Part shown: piece after piece, positions 8,807 through 18,752 of the stretch
Numbering within the stretch: the first letter of the stretch is position 1
Layout: each line of letters begins with the position of its first letter
Sequence record: PZ445134.1
Source of the DNA: a phage
Reading direction: 5' to 3' (one strand)
DNA length: 64,000 nucleotides
Notes under the pieces: model-generated
What the model saw: the letters and a program-made list of their open reading frames with translations, nothing else
Databases searched by the model: none
What the model was told of the DNA's origin: nothing
Translations under genes and position numbers: made by a program

Positions 8807-9769
8807 TTATTTCCAAGTCAGTTCGCAGGTCAGTTGAAGAAGCATATACATAACATGTAATTCAATATTACTTGCTAATCCATGAAACTTATTGTTTTCG
8901 CCTGCAATTTCATAAAGCGAAATAATACTTTTACCAGGTGCAACTTGGTCATAACATTCTGAAACTAATTTATCGATGAACCATGAATAATCTGCGGCAT
9001 ATTTTGGAGCTAATGCACGAAGCTGTTTGATATCTTTGTTCTTCATTGCTTCGATAACATCAGAGACTGTGCCACGGTCATTAGTTACGATAGACAAAAT
9101 ACCAGCATCAAGAACACCTTTAGACGAGTACTGGTCTAATTGGCCAATTGTGCGACGAAAGTCCGGGAAGTTCTTTTTAACCAGAGCTGCAACAACTTTC
9201 ATATCAGCGATTTCGATATTTTCGTTCTTACAAATTTCAACCATACGATGAATCATTTTCTTCATCATCGATATTTTATCTTCTTCGGTTGGACGTCCGA
9301 ATTCGATAACTCGACAACGACTACGTAATGGTTCAATAATTCCATCGATGTTGTTAGCAGTAATAATAATAGAGCAGTTACTAGAGAATTCTTCCATAAA
9401 CGTACGAAGGTGACGTTGTGATTCGGCGAGGCCACTACGGTCAAATTCATCAATAACAATAACTTTCGGCTTGCCTTCCATTGAGACTGAACGAGCGAAT
9501 GCGGTTAACGGTCCCCGTACAAAATCAATCTTACAATCAGAACCGTTGACGAACATCATTTCGGCATTGATATCATTACATAATGCTTTTGCTACGGTTG
9601 TTTTACCTGTACCAGGAGAAGGAGAGTGCAAAATAATATGAGGAAGTTTTCCTTTAGATACTAAAGACTTGAATGTTTCATGGTCATACGCAGGCAGAAT
9701 ACATTCGTCAATGGAAGAAGGACGATATTTCTGTTCTAGAATGTGTTCTTTGGAATTGATAGTAATCAT
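8807..9769 (-). CDS. 44: clamp loader ATPase subunit gp44
   Basis: 320 aa; Walker [11 protein letters not shown], Walker [12 protein letters not shown] motif; T4 gp44-like. Confidence 0.95.
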   Translation of the reverse strand: MITINSKEHILEQKYRPSSIDECILPAYDHETFKSLVSKGKLPHIILHSPSPGTGKTTVAKALCNDINAEMMFVNGSDCKIDFVRGPLTAFARSVSMEGKPKVIVIDEFDRSGLAESQRHLRTFMEEFSSNCSIIITANNIDGIIEPLRSRCRVIEFGRPTEEDKISMMKKMIHRMVEICKNENIEIADMKVVAALVKKNFPDFRRTIGQLDQYSSKGVLDAGILSIVTNDRGTVSDVIEAMKNKDIKQLRALAPKYAADYSWFIDKLVSECYDQVAPGKSIISLYEIAGENNKFHGLASNIELHVMYMLLQLTCELTWK

Positions 9770-9844
9770 GTAATTTTCCTCATTAACATTAAACTGGAGG
9801 ATTTCTCCTCCATAATCATATCACAATAAACGTAAAGCTTTGAC

Positions 9845-10531
9845 TTAGAAGTCGTGAGTAGAATCGGCTTCCATTGCAATAACATAACTTACTTGAGAGC
9901 TTTCAAACTTGGCTGCAACTTTATCACCAGCTCCCCACAACATTACTTTATAGTTACCCGGCTGAATTTTCATATTAGCCATATTGATTACGAAGTTAAA
10001 GTTATTAGAACCATCATAATCGGTAAGAGTCAAAGAATACTTAGGACGAGTTAGTCCGGAATCTTCAACTTTATTATAGCCATTGATAACAATTTTACCA
10101 TCTTTATTTGTAATAGCAATTGTATCAATCTGAAGACCACGTGAAACTCGAAGCAATTGTTGAAGGTCTTCAGCTTTAATTTCAGTAATCACAGAAGCCA
10201 CTGGGAATTGAATTGGCTTATTAGGAAAAACAATGGTGCTCTTGTCAGCGGCAGGCCAATAAACCGTGGAACGTGTATCTGCAATTTTAATATTGCCATC
10301 GGTGTGCATTGAAATTTCAGCATCATCAGACACTAGACTCAAAATGCTTAAGAAGCTATTCAAATCATAAAGTGCTACGTCAAAATCAATTTCATCAGAG
10401 ATATTTGCTTCCGCATAAGTGGTGCCATTAACTGCACGAGTCATAATAAATTTACCTTGACTCAGCAGAATGCCGGAGTTAATAGAGGCAAAGTTTTTCA
10501 GAATAGCGATAGTATCTTTAGTCAGTTTCAT
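9845..10531 (-). CDS. 45: sliding clamp gp45
   Basis: MKLTKDTIAILKNFASINSGILL...EADSTHDF matches T4 gp45; start at internal ATG (ORF-track start 10546 likely too long). Confidence 0.93.
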   Translation of the reverse strand: MKLTKDTIAILKNFASINSGILLSQGKFIMTRAVNGTTYAEANISDEIDFDVALYDLNSFLSILSLVSDDAEISMHTDGNIKIADTRSTVYWPAADKSTIVFPNKPIQFPVASVITEIKAEDLQQLLRVSRGLQIDTIAITNKDGKIVINGYNKVEDSGLTRPKYSLTLTDYDGSNNFNFVINMANMKIQPGNYKVMLWGAGDKVAAKFESSQVSYVIAMEADSTHDF

Positions 10532-10573
10532 TTTATTTCCTTTCAAGACAATTCAAAGTTTATAACAAATTTA

Positions 10574-10990
10574 TTATGCAGCAACCATTTGCTTTTTAAT
10601 AGCTTCAGGCAGTGATTCAATATATTCTGGAATTTTAGAAGCAACAATTTCGCCAGCTGCAATTAGTTGTTCGTCGGCATCAACACAGTAGAAATCTTCC
10701 AGACGCTCAGAACCATCTTTATCAAGAACGATTTTTCCGCCGGCTTCAATAGAATCTTTATAGTGCTTACGCATCAGATGAATCCACATATCAGATACAT
10801 CGTTATCAATAAAACCATAAATCATAAAACGAGTTTCTTGTGGCAAAGATTGGAGTTTTTTAGCACTTGCGTCATCACAATGCAGGACCCATGCTTTACG
10901 AACACGATTATGGTTATGTGGGTTAGCGTCAGTACGGATAGAAGTAACTTTCAGATCAGCAGCAGTGAAACCTTTAGCAGTAGTAAACAT
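10574..10990 (-). CDS. rpbA: RNA polymerase-binding protein RpbA-like
   Basis: 138 aa ORF at the T4 rpbA position between 45 and 46; assignment by synteny and size. Confidence 0.55.
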   Translation of the reverse strand: MFTTAKGFTAADLKVTSIRTDANPHNHNRVRKAWVLHCDDASAKKLQSLPQETRFMIYGFIDNDVSDMWIHLMRKHYKDSIEAGGKIVLDKDGSERLEDFYCVDADEQLIAAGEIVASKIPEYIESLPEAIKKQMVAA

Positions 10991-11002
10991 ATTATTTCTC
11001 TC

Positions 11003-11203
11003 TTATTCGTAGAAGTCGGTAACTGTCCATGCGGAATTGCGATTAGACATTATTTTATTATACTCATCTTTAAAAGCAGATTTGAGCATTTGTTCAGTAA
11101 CAATATGTTCTTCACCTGAAAACGTATTGGTCAAAACATATTTTTTAATTTCAGGGACAACGAGAAGATGTTGGCCAGTTGAATACTCCATGTTGTTCTC
11201 CAT
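11003..11203 (-). CDS. hypothetical protein (45.2-like)
   Basis: 66 aa ORF, synteny with T4 45.2. Confidence 0.5.
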   Translation of the reverse strand: MENNMEYSTGQHLLVVPEIKKYVLTNTFSGEEHIVTEQMLKSAFKDEYNKIMSNRNSAWTVTDFYE

Positions 11204-11245
11204 TTAATTTGATGTGGTCATTATAACCACATCGTGTTAAAGCAT

Positions 11246-12934
11246 TTATGAAACAGTCATTACCGTAAATCGTCCAACTTTGCTCATTTGAAGATGTTGT
11301 CCATACCGTTGAGGGTCATGGTCTCGATGAGAGATAATGAACACATTAGTATTTTGTAAACTTCCGAGAATGGTATCTATAGCCTTAACAGCCTCAGAAT
11401 CGACAGCACCATCAAAAACCTCATCAAGAATCAGAGTGTTGATTTTAACACCGGAGACCTTTTCAGCAATATCTCGCCATGTAAACAACAATGCGATATC
11501 GATACGTGCCTTTTCACCTTGACTAAATGAAGCATAACTAAAATCTTCACGACCACGTGATTTTATAGATTCATTGAATTCTTCGTCAATAGAAAACACG
11601 TAATCAGCTTCCATGATTTTAAGATAATGGTTAATCTGCTTATTGAACAGAGGCACATATTTTTTAATGATAGCACCTTTAATACCAGAATCTTTTAACA
11701 TATCTGTGATAATACCACGATGGTATTTTTCAAGAACGATATCTGATTTTGTTTTAACGATTTTATCAAGTTCTTTTTGAAGCAAAGCTATCTCATCGGC
11801 ATGGTCGATAAATTCTGCCGAGGCTTGTTCTATTGCAGCTTTAACTTTCTTAGCTTTATCAATAGTGGCAATCATTGCTTGTTTCTTGGTACGAATATCA
11901 GATGCAAGGTCCTGTTTAGTCTTAACATTAGCTCTATATTCGTCCACTAGGACACTCAGATTATCTCTGTGACATGTAAGTTGCTCGAATGAGTTATTAC
12001 ATTCGTGAAGCTTATCGGTAATCTTAGAGACAATAGGATCACCCTGGTGCAACTGTGATGCACAAGTAGGACACGTACCACCATCATGATACATCTTAAT
12101 AACTTTGTTATACGAGTCAATTTTAGATTTAATCAAGAATGCTTCTTGTCCTATCTTGTTAAATGCCTCAGTAGGGTCTTCATCAAGAACGATATTAAGT
12201 AGTCGCTCATTAGCTTCTTCGATTTCTGCTTTTAATGAACGAGCTTCTTTGGCTAGGTCGTCATACATATTCTGTAGACGCGCTACATTATCACCAGATA
12301 ATTTCTTTTGACGTTCGATATTCTCGTTATAAATCTTAATTTGTTGGATAACACCATCTTTCTTGGCATCGAGAACTTGTCCCTGGGAATTAAGTTCTCG
12401 AACTTGAGACTTATTGATTTTATCCATTTCAGCGAGTGTGCCGACTTCTAAAAGGTCTTCGACAAGTTTTCTGCGAGCAGGGGTGCTAAGAGCCATGAAA
12501 GGGGTATACCCTGCCGTCCCAAGCACAACGATTTGTTTAAAAGACGCGTATGACATTCCGATGCTACGTTCAAATTCTTCTTGGAAGTCACGACTGCTGG
12601 CAGATTCATCAAGACGAACACCGTCAACGGAGATTTCGAAAATATTGGGCTTTTGGCCACGTTTAATGAAGTATTTTTTATCATCGAATTCCATCCAAAG
12701 CTCAACTAAGAGCCCTTTCTTGTTCGTGCTATTAATGATTTGCCCTTTCTTAACGTCACGAAATGGTTTACCGAAAAGTCCGAAAGTAACGGCTTCTAAC
12801 ATCGTAGATTTACCACCACCATTTTTACCAGTGATTAATGTCTTTTGGACTTTATCTAATTGGATATCAATAGGATTCCCGCCTACCGACATGATGTTTT
12901 GATAACGAACACGATTTAATTTAAATGATTTCAT
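11246..12934 (-). CDS. 46: recombination endonuclease subunit gp46 (SbcC/Rad50-like ATPase)
   Basis: 562 aa; Walker A GKNGGGKST at N-terminus, coiled-coil middle, CPTC zinc hook, C-terminal Walker B LILDEVFDG. Confidence 0.92.
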   Translation of the reverse strand: MKSFKLNRVRYQNIMSVGGNPIDIQLDKVQKTLITGKNGGGKSTMLEAVTFGLFGKPFRDVKKGQIINSTNKKGLLVELWMEFDDKKYFIKRGQKPNIFEISVDGVRLDESASSRDFQEEFERSIGMSYASFKQIVVLGTAGYTPFMALSTPARRKLVEDLLEVGTLAEMDKINKSQVRELNSQGQVLDAKKDGVIQQIKIYNENIERQKKLSGDNVARLQNMYDDLAKEARSLKAEIEEANERLLNIVLDEDPTEAFNKIGQEAFLIKSKIDSYNKVIKMYHDGGTCPTCASQLHQGDPIVSKITDKLHECNNSFEQLTCHRDNLSVLVDEYRANVKTKQDLASDIRTKKQAMIATIDKAKKVKAAIEQASAEFIDHADEIALLQKELDKIVKTKSDIVLEKYHRGIITDMLKDSGIKGAIIKKYVPLFNKQINHYLKIMEADYVFSIDEEFNESIKSRGREDFSYASFSQGEKARIDIALLFTWRDIAEKVSGVKINTLILDEVFDGAVDSEAVKAIDTILGSLQNTNVFIISHRDHDPQRYGQHLQMSKVGRFTVMTVS

Positions 12935-13185
12935 ATGTATTCTCTTCGAATGAAGTCCTCTACATATTTTAACATGTCATCTCTATCAGCAAAATATTCA
13001 TCTAGTTCTGCATACATAACAACACCTGGCGCGTACTCACAGGTAACATACATTGTTCCAAAGAAACGAGGAGTTGATTCCTCGTAATTCTCAGTCCATT
13101 CAACGACGCCAATATAACCGTCACCAATACTAAATTCATGACGATGGATTTCATAATCAGTCTTCGTCATTATACGCGTCCTCAA
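12931..13185 (-). CDS. hypothetical protein (46.1-like)
   Basis: 84 aa ORF overlapping gene 46 start; synteny. Confidence 0.5.
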   Translation of the reverse strand: MRTRIMTKTDYEIHRHEFSIGDGYIGVVEWTENYEESTPRFFGTMYVTCEYAPGVVMYAELDEYFADRDDMLKYVEDFIRREYI

Positions 13186-13414
13186 TACACGCTTCAGCCA
13201 TTTTAAGAATAGAGCCAGGAGTATCGTTGTCCATTATATTAAAGCTAAATTCAACAGCCCAGTCGGTGCAGACATGAACTGCTTTAACTTCATTACCTTC
13301 AACGCGTAATGGCTCAATCCAATACTTGATAGTGTTCTCGAATCCATCATCATCTTTAACGTCCATTTCAACTTCAAGCCTGAGTCCAGCATTGTTAAAT
13401 TCATCTAAAGTCAT
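13157..13414 (-). CDS. hypothetical protein (46.2-like)
   Basis: 85 aa acidic ORF; synteny. Confidence 0.5.
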   Translation of the reverse strand: MTLDEFNNAGLRLEVEMDVKDDDGFENTIKYWIEPLRVEGNEVKAVHVCTDWAVEFSFNIMDNDTPGSILKMAEACIEDAYNDED

Positions 13415-14430
13415 TGTGTTGCCTCAATATAAAGTTCGTTGGAATATTTGACCAGCGCTTCTCTGTCTTCGTCTGAGATATCTGGAATCGCGTCAATATA
13501 TTCTTTAATGATATCTTGAAGAGATTTAATCTCGATTTCCTGGTCGTCATCAGATTCAACACTGTTATCAACTTTAGAAACCATACGAAGAGAGTGAACT
13601 ACTTTTTCAAGTTCAGATTCAAACTTAGTCAACTCTGAATCAATTTCTGATACTATAACACGTACGGCTAGATTAGTATAATCAGAATAATTGATTTTGC
13701 CTTTAAACGGATAAGTGATTCGTCGATGCCATGTTGTTTCGTTAGGAATAAATTCCATACGTTCAACATCAGTGTCAAATACCCAAAATCCGCGCGGGTC
13801 GTTCTCATCACCTGCAGTAAGGGTCCATGGTGTCCCAATATATTTGACGTTAGCAGCTTCAGAGATTGTGTGGAAGTGGCCGGACCAGACTTGTTTATAG
13901 GTCTTTAAGAAATCAGGTTCAAGCCCATGAGACTTCATTCCTTTATAGAAATAAAAACCATTCAGTTCCCAGTGCCCAACACAATACGCTGCGGAAGAAG
14001 TCTTGATGTGCTCTAAGATTTCACCTGTATTTTCTTCGCACATCCATGGAACGATATCAATCAGACATCCGTCAAAATCTACAGTAGTTGGATGCTCGTA
14101 AATAGTAAAGTTTTCAAATTGAGTTAACAATTCAGAAACAGTGTTAGGTGTTATTGTATTCTTAAACGCCATGTCATGGTTTCCTATCGTGACATGAACG
14201 TGAATGCCTGCTTTAGAAATCATATCAACGATTTCACGATTGAATTCCATTGTACGATGTGTTATTGCTTTACGGACGTCAAACCAATCACCGTACTGAA
14301 TCCAAGTTTTAATCCCATGTTTCTTAGAGTATTCAATTGCTTGACGAATACCATCACGTTGAATATCTTGAACCCATGGGTCGTCTTGTTTGACTCCGAT
14401 ATGGAAGTCGCCTAAGTGCAAAATTTTCAT
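13411..14430 (-). CDS. 47: recombination endonuclease subunit gp47 (SbcD/Mre11-like phosphoesterase)
   Basis: 339 aa; MKILHLGDFHIG, GNHD, GHWELNGF calcineurin-like motifs. Confidence 0.92.
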   Translation of the reverse strand: MKILHLGDFHIGVKQDDPWVQDIQRDGIRQAIEYSKKHGIKTWIQYGDWFDVRKAITHRTMEFNREIVDMISKAGIHVHVTIGNHDMAFKNTITPNTVSELLTQFENFTIYEHPTTVDFDGCLIDIVPWMCEENTGEILEHIKTSSAAYCVGHWELNGFYFYKGMKSHGLEPDFLKTYKQVWSGHFHTISEAANVKYIGTPWTLTAGDENDPRGFWVFDTDVERMEFIPNETTWHRRITYPFKGKINYSDYTNLAVRVIVSEIDSELTKFESELEKVVHSLRMVSKVDNSVESDDDQEIEIKSLQDIIKEYIDAIPDISDEDREALVKYSNELYIEATQ

Positions 14431-14475
14431 ATTATTTCCTCATTAGTTAATTCATTCTATCATCCGCTTATAAAG

Positions 14476-14502
14476 CAAAAAAAAGGAACTCCGAAGAGTT
14501 CC
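14476..14502 (-). terminator. rho-independent terminator (minus strand)
   Basis: GGAACUC-UUCG-GAGUUCC hairpin followed by U8 on minus strand, between a small ORF and gene 47. Confidence 0.6.
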
Positions 14503-14504
14503 TA

Positions 14505-14675
14505 TCCACATAGTACACCATACAGAGGCTCATTTGAACTTTTAAATCGAATGGGCTTGTATGTAATAGTTCCTTCGGCTTTAGCTTTATCATAAGACTC
14601 TTTAAAACGCCTCATTCTTTCTGCTTTGCCTTTACGGATTTTATCGAAATTTTCAGAGGTCAGGTCGTTCGTCAT
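14505..14675 (-). CDS. small hypothetical protein (~56 aa), coordinates approximate
   Basis: Hand translation MTNDLTSENFDKIRKGKAERMRRFKESYDKAKAEGTITYKPIRFKSSNEPLYGVLCG; basic; immediately upstream of terminator. Confidence 0.3.
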
Positions 14676-14714
14676 GCATAATCACCTCTCAGAAAATACC
14701 TAAATCGATTTCTC

Positions 14715-14936
14715 TCATCGTTTCCACCATTTCTTAACTTGAAATGAGTCAACCCACACGAGTTGTTTTGGGTCGGCCCTTATAACAGGTGGACAAATTT
14801 CTGTAATAGAACTGTCGTGATATTCCTTTTCAGAGATTTTAACACAAAGAGGACCTCCCAATTTAAGGGTGAACCCTGCGTTCAGCTTAAGACGTTTAAA
14901 CTTTGTTTGAACTAGCGCCATTAATGATGTCCTCAA
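14715..14936 (-). CDS. hypothetical protein
   Basis: 73 aa ORF from track; overlaps upstream ORF by ~40 nt so start uncertain. Confidence 0.3.
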   Translation of the reverse strand: MRTSLMALVQTKFKRLKLNAGFTLKLGGPLCVKISEKEYHDSSITEICPPVIRADPKQLVWVDSFQVKKWWKR

Positions 14937-15219
14937 TAGCCTGACGAGTAGTAACCCACTGGATTTTAATTAACTTGTCATTATATGGTTGTCGTAGAAT
15001 ATCCCGAGATTTCTTAATAGCATATTCGTAAGCTTCGAAGTTGTTTTGAATTGCTGCTTCTTGAGCATGAGCATAAAGACGGTTTAGTTCAAAACGATTC
15101 TTTTTAAGAATCTTTTCGGATTTTTTACGTGCTTCAGCTTCATTTTTCTTTTGGATTTCTTGTAGCATTTTAGCTACTGCATCTTCTGCTTCTTTATTTT
15201 CAATAATCTCGGTAGTCAT
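14896..15219 (-). CDS. hypothetical protein
   Basis: 107 aa ORF, charged/coiled; occupies T4 alpha-gt/47.1 interval. Confidence 0.5.
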   Translation of the reverse strand: MTTEIIENKEAEDAVAKMLQEIQKKNEAEARKKSEKILKKNRFELNRLYAHAQEAAIQNNFEAYEYAIKKSRDILRQPYNDKLIKIQWVTTRQAIEDIINGASSNKV

Positions 15220-15220
15220 A

Positions 15221-15436
15221 TTATCTCATTAAATTAAAATAAAAACGTCCATCCTCTTCAATACAGAACTCATACTCAACCGGAGTCCCATTTATCGAAA
15301 ATGACACGTCATGTGGGTTCAAAGGGTCGATGTCAAAATTAATTTTAAATTCACGACCCAACAGTTTTACCAAATAAGGGATTGCTTCGTCAAAAGGTTC
15401 TTCTAAGTAGTTAGAGATGTCAATTGTCATCCTCAT
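15221..15436 (-). CDS. hypothetical protein
   Basis: ORF-track 97 aa ORF trimmed to internal ATG (MRMTIDIS...) to limit overlap with gp55. Confidence 0.4.
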   Translation of the reverse strand: MRMTIDISNYLEEPFDEAIPYLVKLLGREFKINFDIDPLNPHDVSFSINGTPVEYEFCIEEDGRFYFNLMR

Positions 15437-15977
15437 ATAAAAAATCCAAACTAGGCGAATCGCTAACAACTTCCTTCTTTTCAGCCCCAGGAGCTTTATA
15501 AGCGGATTCTTCATAATGCGTCATTTTATCGTAGATGTCTTGAATAAACGTTTCATCTACCAACGCTACCATATCATCGTCATGACTGTCGTAGACGTTA
15601 TGAACGAAGTAACTATATTTCTTTGCAACTTCCTTACGTTCTTTTTTGATACGTTGGACAAAAGCATTAAAACAAGCTCGAGTTATGTATGCATGTGGGT
15701 TATTGTACTTAGTTTCGTCGAAATTATGAAGACCCTTAATAGAGGCTTCAATCCCATCTGCAATCATCTCCTGCTTCCAAGACTGGGTATATCCTGAAAA
15801 GTTGAAACGTTTGGACAGGCCTTCGGCGATAAGCATAATTGCTAAACCGATGGTATCATTCTGACGAATAATTTTGTTTGGGTCTTTATTATTTAAGAGC
15901 TCCTTTTTCCACTCGATTATAGCGGCGAGAAGCTCTTTATTATTCACATAGTTATTTTTAGGTTTTTGTTCAGTCAT
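15420..15977 (-). CDS. 55: late-transcription sigma factor gp55
   Basis: 185 aa; [35 protein letters not shown] matches my recall of T4 gp55. Confidence 0.9.
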   Translation of the reverse strand: MTEQKPKNNYVNNKELLAAIIEWKKELLNNKDPNKIIRQNDTIGLAIMLIAEGLSKRFNFSGYTQSWKQEMIADGIEASIKGLHNFDETKYNNPHAYITRACFNAFVQRIKKERKEVAKKYSYFVHNVYDSHDDDMVALVDETFIQDIYDKMTHYEESAYKAPGAEKKEVVSDSPSLDFLYEDDN

Positions 15978-16132
15978 AAGTACCTCTTAGCTCAATTCAT
16001 AGGTCTATTATATCATAATATTTAGAGACCTATCTTAAAGCACGAGATACTATCAAAGATACATAACTTTCATAAAGTTGTCGACTTAAAATTCACCAAA
16101 CTTTTATTCGGTTATAGTAATTCGAGATAGTT

Positions 16133-16360
16133 TCATTCTATTTCCTTTGCTGCAAATAAGGCAGCATCCAACGAATCAAATTGGTCAACGAAATCAATAT
16201 TCAATGCATCGTCATCCGTAGCATATAACCACCATTGTTTGAATTCGTATTCTAGAATAAATCCAGGACCTTCAATCTGAGGAAGACCTAGACTATTTGT
16301 ACTAACTTCATAACCAGCTAGACGCAGGTCATTAATCAAAGTTTCTGTTAATACGTTCAT
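16133..16360 (-). CDS. hypothetical protein
   Basis: 75 aa acidic ORF. Confidence 0.45.
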   Translation of the reverse strand: MNVLTETLINDLRLAGYEVSTNSLGLPQIEGPGFILEYEFKQWWLYATDDDALNIDFVDQFDSLDAALFAAKEIE

Positions 16361-16689
16361 TTTACCGCCTTAACAATTTTCAGGTCAACGAATTTTTTCT
16401 TACGTTGATTTTTCATACGACGGATAGTCTTTTCAGAGATTTCATGTTTCTGATAAGCTTTAGATTCAACACCAAATGCAGCAACGTCAAATTCAGAAAG
16501 AATATATTGTACTAGAATTTCACGAATAGAATTACGTCCAATTTTCTGGTCGTGTTTTTGCATGATTTCATAAAGACGGAATTCCCACGCGTCAAGAACT
16601 TGAGGAGTAACAATATTGCCGGATTCAAGAAGAGCAACAACTTTATCGAAAGCGAAAGAATTAACTACGTTTTTGATTTTAGTAGACAT
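16357..16689 (-). CDS. hypothetical protein
   Basis: Start moved to MSTKIKN because ORF-track start lies inside the early promoter at 16727..16755. Confidence 0.5.
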   Translation of the reverse strand: MSTKIKNVVNSFAFDKVVALLESGNIVTPQVLDAWEFRLYEIMQKHDQKIGRNSIREILVQYILSEFDVAAFGVESKAYQKHEISEKTIRRMKNQRKKKFVDLKIVKAVK

Positions 16690-16726
16690 ATTATTTTCCT
16701 CGGTTATTTTATTATCCAATGAGAGC

Positions 16727-16755
16727 ATTATACTCTGCTCTCAAGAGTTTGTAAA
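16727..16755 (-). promoter_or_regulatory. T4-type early promoter (minus strand)
   Basis: Minus strand TTTACA-17 nt-TATAAT; near-identical copy at 48038..48066. Confidence 0.55.
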
Positions 16756-16758
16756 TCG

Positions 16759-16971
16759 TTATCCGAACTTTTTAGCGCCTTTCCAGCCTTCGTACATAAC
16801 TGCACAAGTCAGTAATACAGCGTGCTGGCATTCTTTGTATTTGTAAATCCAGAACCAGCGTAAAAAGTCTTCATCCTCAACACCGTTGAGTTTCATGTTG
16901 GCAAAGAATTCGGCACGTTCTTCACGAAGTTGCCATGACACAATATTTTCAGGATTCATTTTGTGTTCCAC
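16759..16971 (-). CDS. hypothetical protein
   Basis: 70 aa ORF. Confidence 0.4.
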   Translation of the reverse strand: MEHKMNPENIVSWQLREERAEFFANMKLNGVEDEDFLRWFWIYKYKECQHAVLLTCAVMYEGWKGAKKFG

Positions 16972-17183
16972 GCCCCGTTTTCGTCGATGAACTTAATCCA
17001 GTCATTTACAGACCATTTAGTTGTGTCACCCTTTGGATTAACATTTAAAGTATATAATCCCTGCTTAAAAAGCATTCGTTTGATATTCATAATTTCCTCA
17101 ACTGTAACGATAACATTCGTTAGCTTTACGTTTGGCTTCAGTATGAGAAGTATTATAATCATAATCTTCTTTACTGTAAACAT
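16956..17183 (-). CDS. hypothetical protein
   Basis: 75 aa ORF. Confidence 0.4.
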   Translation of the reverse strand: MFTVKKIMIIILLILKPNVKLTNVIVTVEEIMNIKRMLFKQGLYTLNVNPKGDTTKWSVNDWIKFIDENGAWNTK

Positions 17184-17391
17184 CTTTTTTCAACTTACGA
17201 ACTTCTTTGCGGAGTTGTCGATTCATTTCGTTCTTGACTTCAGAATCAACGCCTTTCATACGTTTCCATTTATCCGAGCGGAAAATGTTTTCAACCATGT
17301 CTTTGTGGCTAACACCGTCAGGAGCTTTACGTTTACCAAAATAGTCGTAATCACGAACTTTCAAATCTTTACGACGATACGTTTTACCCAT
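17098..17391 (-). CDS. hypothetical basic protein
   Basis: Start at internal MGKTYRRK; Lys/Arg-rich. Confidence 0.4.
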   Translation of the reverse strand: MGKTYRRKDLKVRDYDYFGKRKAPDGVSHKDMVENIFRSDKWKRMKGVDSEVKNEMNRQLRKEVRKLKKDVYSKEDYDYNTSHTEAKRKANECYRYS

Positions 17392-17398
17392 AAGTACC

Positions 17399-17647
17399 TC
17401 AGAGGTTGATTGATACAATGCGTTTGATAAAATTCACTTCACTTACTGAAAGGTCTTTAAGACCGATTGATTCTAAACGCTGAGTAAGCGTCAACATCGG
17501 GATATAGTCCCAATGTGTTTTAGACGTTTGATAAGTACGGACGCCATTAGCAATTTCAACGTTCAAATCAGAAATGGTAATGAATACCAGACGTTCGTTG
17601 TTTACATTAAGAGTTAGAACAACTTTCTTCGAATTCAGACTAATCAT
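17399..17647 (-). CDS. hypothetical protein
   Basis: Start at internal ATG (MISLNSKK) with GAGGAA SD and upstream GTTTACA -35. Confidence 0.4.
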   Translation of the reverse strand: MISLNSKKVVLTLNVNNERLVFITISDLNVEIANGVRTYQTSKTHWDYIPMLTLTQRLESIGLKDLSVSEVNFIKRIVSINL

Positions 17648-17813
17648 TTTGTTTTCCTCTATAGTAGATGGTTTAATCTTAACACATCTATTGAGGATGT
17701 AAACTGTTTTATGAAAATATTTTCGATTTGAGAGGGGCACAAGGAGATAGTGAAGTGAAGATTCCAATTGGATTATATTAGAAATGAGATAAAGAAGACC
17801 AGGCGGCACCTGG

Positions 17814-18137
17814 TCAATCTTCTATGATATCAGAGTCATATCCTAATGAAATCAAGGACTTTTTAAACTCTGCAATATTCTTTTGTTTCTTATCATTTAA
17901 AAATATGACAGGATAACGAATATTAAGTGAAGTGAATCCTGCACGTTTAGCAAGAGATACGATTAAAGGACGGTCATATTCAATCTTACCATTATTAGTG
18001 AGGACTTTATAAAATGTATAAGGAGCATTGAGCTCCTTTAAAAGTTTTGTAACAGTATAACATCCTGGACAACGTCCTACTTCTTCAGGGATGCCATAGA
18101 TTTCAATCTTGTTCTTTAAGTTCGAGTTTTGTTCCAC
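17814..18137 (-). CDS. nrdH: glutaredoxin-like protein (NrdH-like), start uncertain
   Basis: IEIYGIPEEVGRCPGCYTV... CxxC redoxin motif; proposed GTG start at 18137 (AAGGA SD) because ORF-track N-terminal extension overlaps the upstream gene by 160 nt. Confidence 0.45.
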   Translation of the reverse strand: MEQNSNLKNKIEIYGIPEEVGRCPGCYTVTKLLKELNAPYTFYKVLTNNGKIEYDRPLIVSLAKRAGFTSLNIRYPVIFLNDKKQKNIAEFKKSLISLGYDSDIIED

Positions 18138-18420
18138 GAGAAATAATTCCTTGGTAAGCCCAATAAGGAGGATTAACAGAATCCTCGCCAGAGTTTTCTT
18201 CAGGAAAATAAACCTGGATAACAAATCCAGATTCATCAAAGGTAAAATAAACTGTAGGTAATTCACCTAACAATTCAGCACGATTATTAATTTCTTCGAG
18301 TTCTCGTTCACATCCAGCCCAAAAACTAGGATTTAAACTACATTCGTAAAAATAATAGTCATTACCGAACATATCAAAACCATTCCAACTCTCAACCACA
18401 TACCGCTCAAAACTAATCAT
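18103..18420 (-). CDS. hypothetical protein
   Basis: 105 aa acidic ORF. Confidence 0.5.
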   Translation of the reverse strand: MISFERYVVESWNGFDMFGNDYYFYECSLNPSFWAGCERELEEINNRAELLGELPTVYFTFDESGFVIQVYFPEENSGEDSVNPPYWAYQGIISRGTKLELKEQD

Positions 18421-18422
18421 AA

Positions 18423-18662
18423 TTAAGCCTTTTTATCAAGAACAGAATTCAGTTTATTAGTAATTTTGTCCAAACGTTCATTGAATTCGCTGGAGGATAA
18501 ACCCTTTTCAGGAGAAATTAAACTAATCACGAAAAATACAACAGTAAAAGGAATAAGAAAAATAGCTCCAACTGCCATAAACAAAAAGAACGTTACAGTT
18601 GTAAGAAAATCAGCTAAACCTTTACGAAATTTATACATATTTACCCTTAATTGATTAACCAA
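18423..18662 (-). CDS. small membrane protein
   Basis: 79 aa with a hydrophobic helix. Confidence 0.45.
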   Translation of the reverse strand: MVNQLRVNMYKFRKGLADFLTTVTFFLFMAVGAIFLIPFTVVFFVISLISPEKGLSSSEFNERLDKITNKLNSVLDKKA

Positions 18663-18752
18663 ACATTGATAAACACTAAACTATATTGCGAATAAAATTC
18701 TGGACCAAAACGAAAAATCATATCATTTATAGTATCCATAGTGTAATTCAAT

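Noticed and set aside
10667-11119. 150-aa plus-strand ORF
   Set aside because: Antisense to rpbA and the 45.2-like gene.
12414-12902. 162-aa plus-strand ORF and other ORFs nested in gene 46
   Set aside because: Antisense or alternate-frame within a strongly conserved SbcC-like gene.
14431-15419. alpha- or beta-glucosyltransferase genes at the T4 positions
   Set aside because: Specifically looked for; ORFs here are 56-107 aa, far too short, and nothing resembling a GT-B glucosyltransferase is present in the window.
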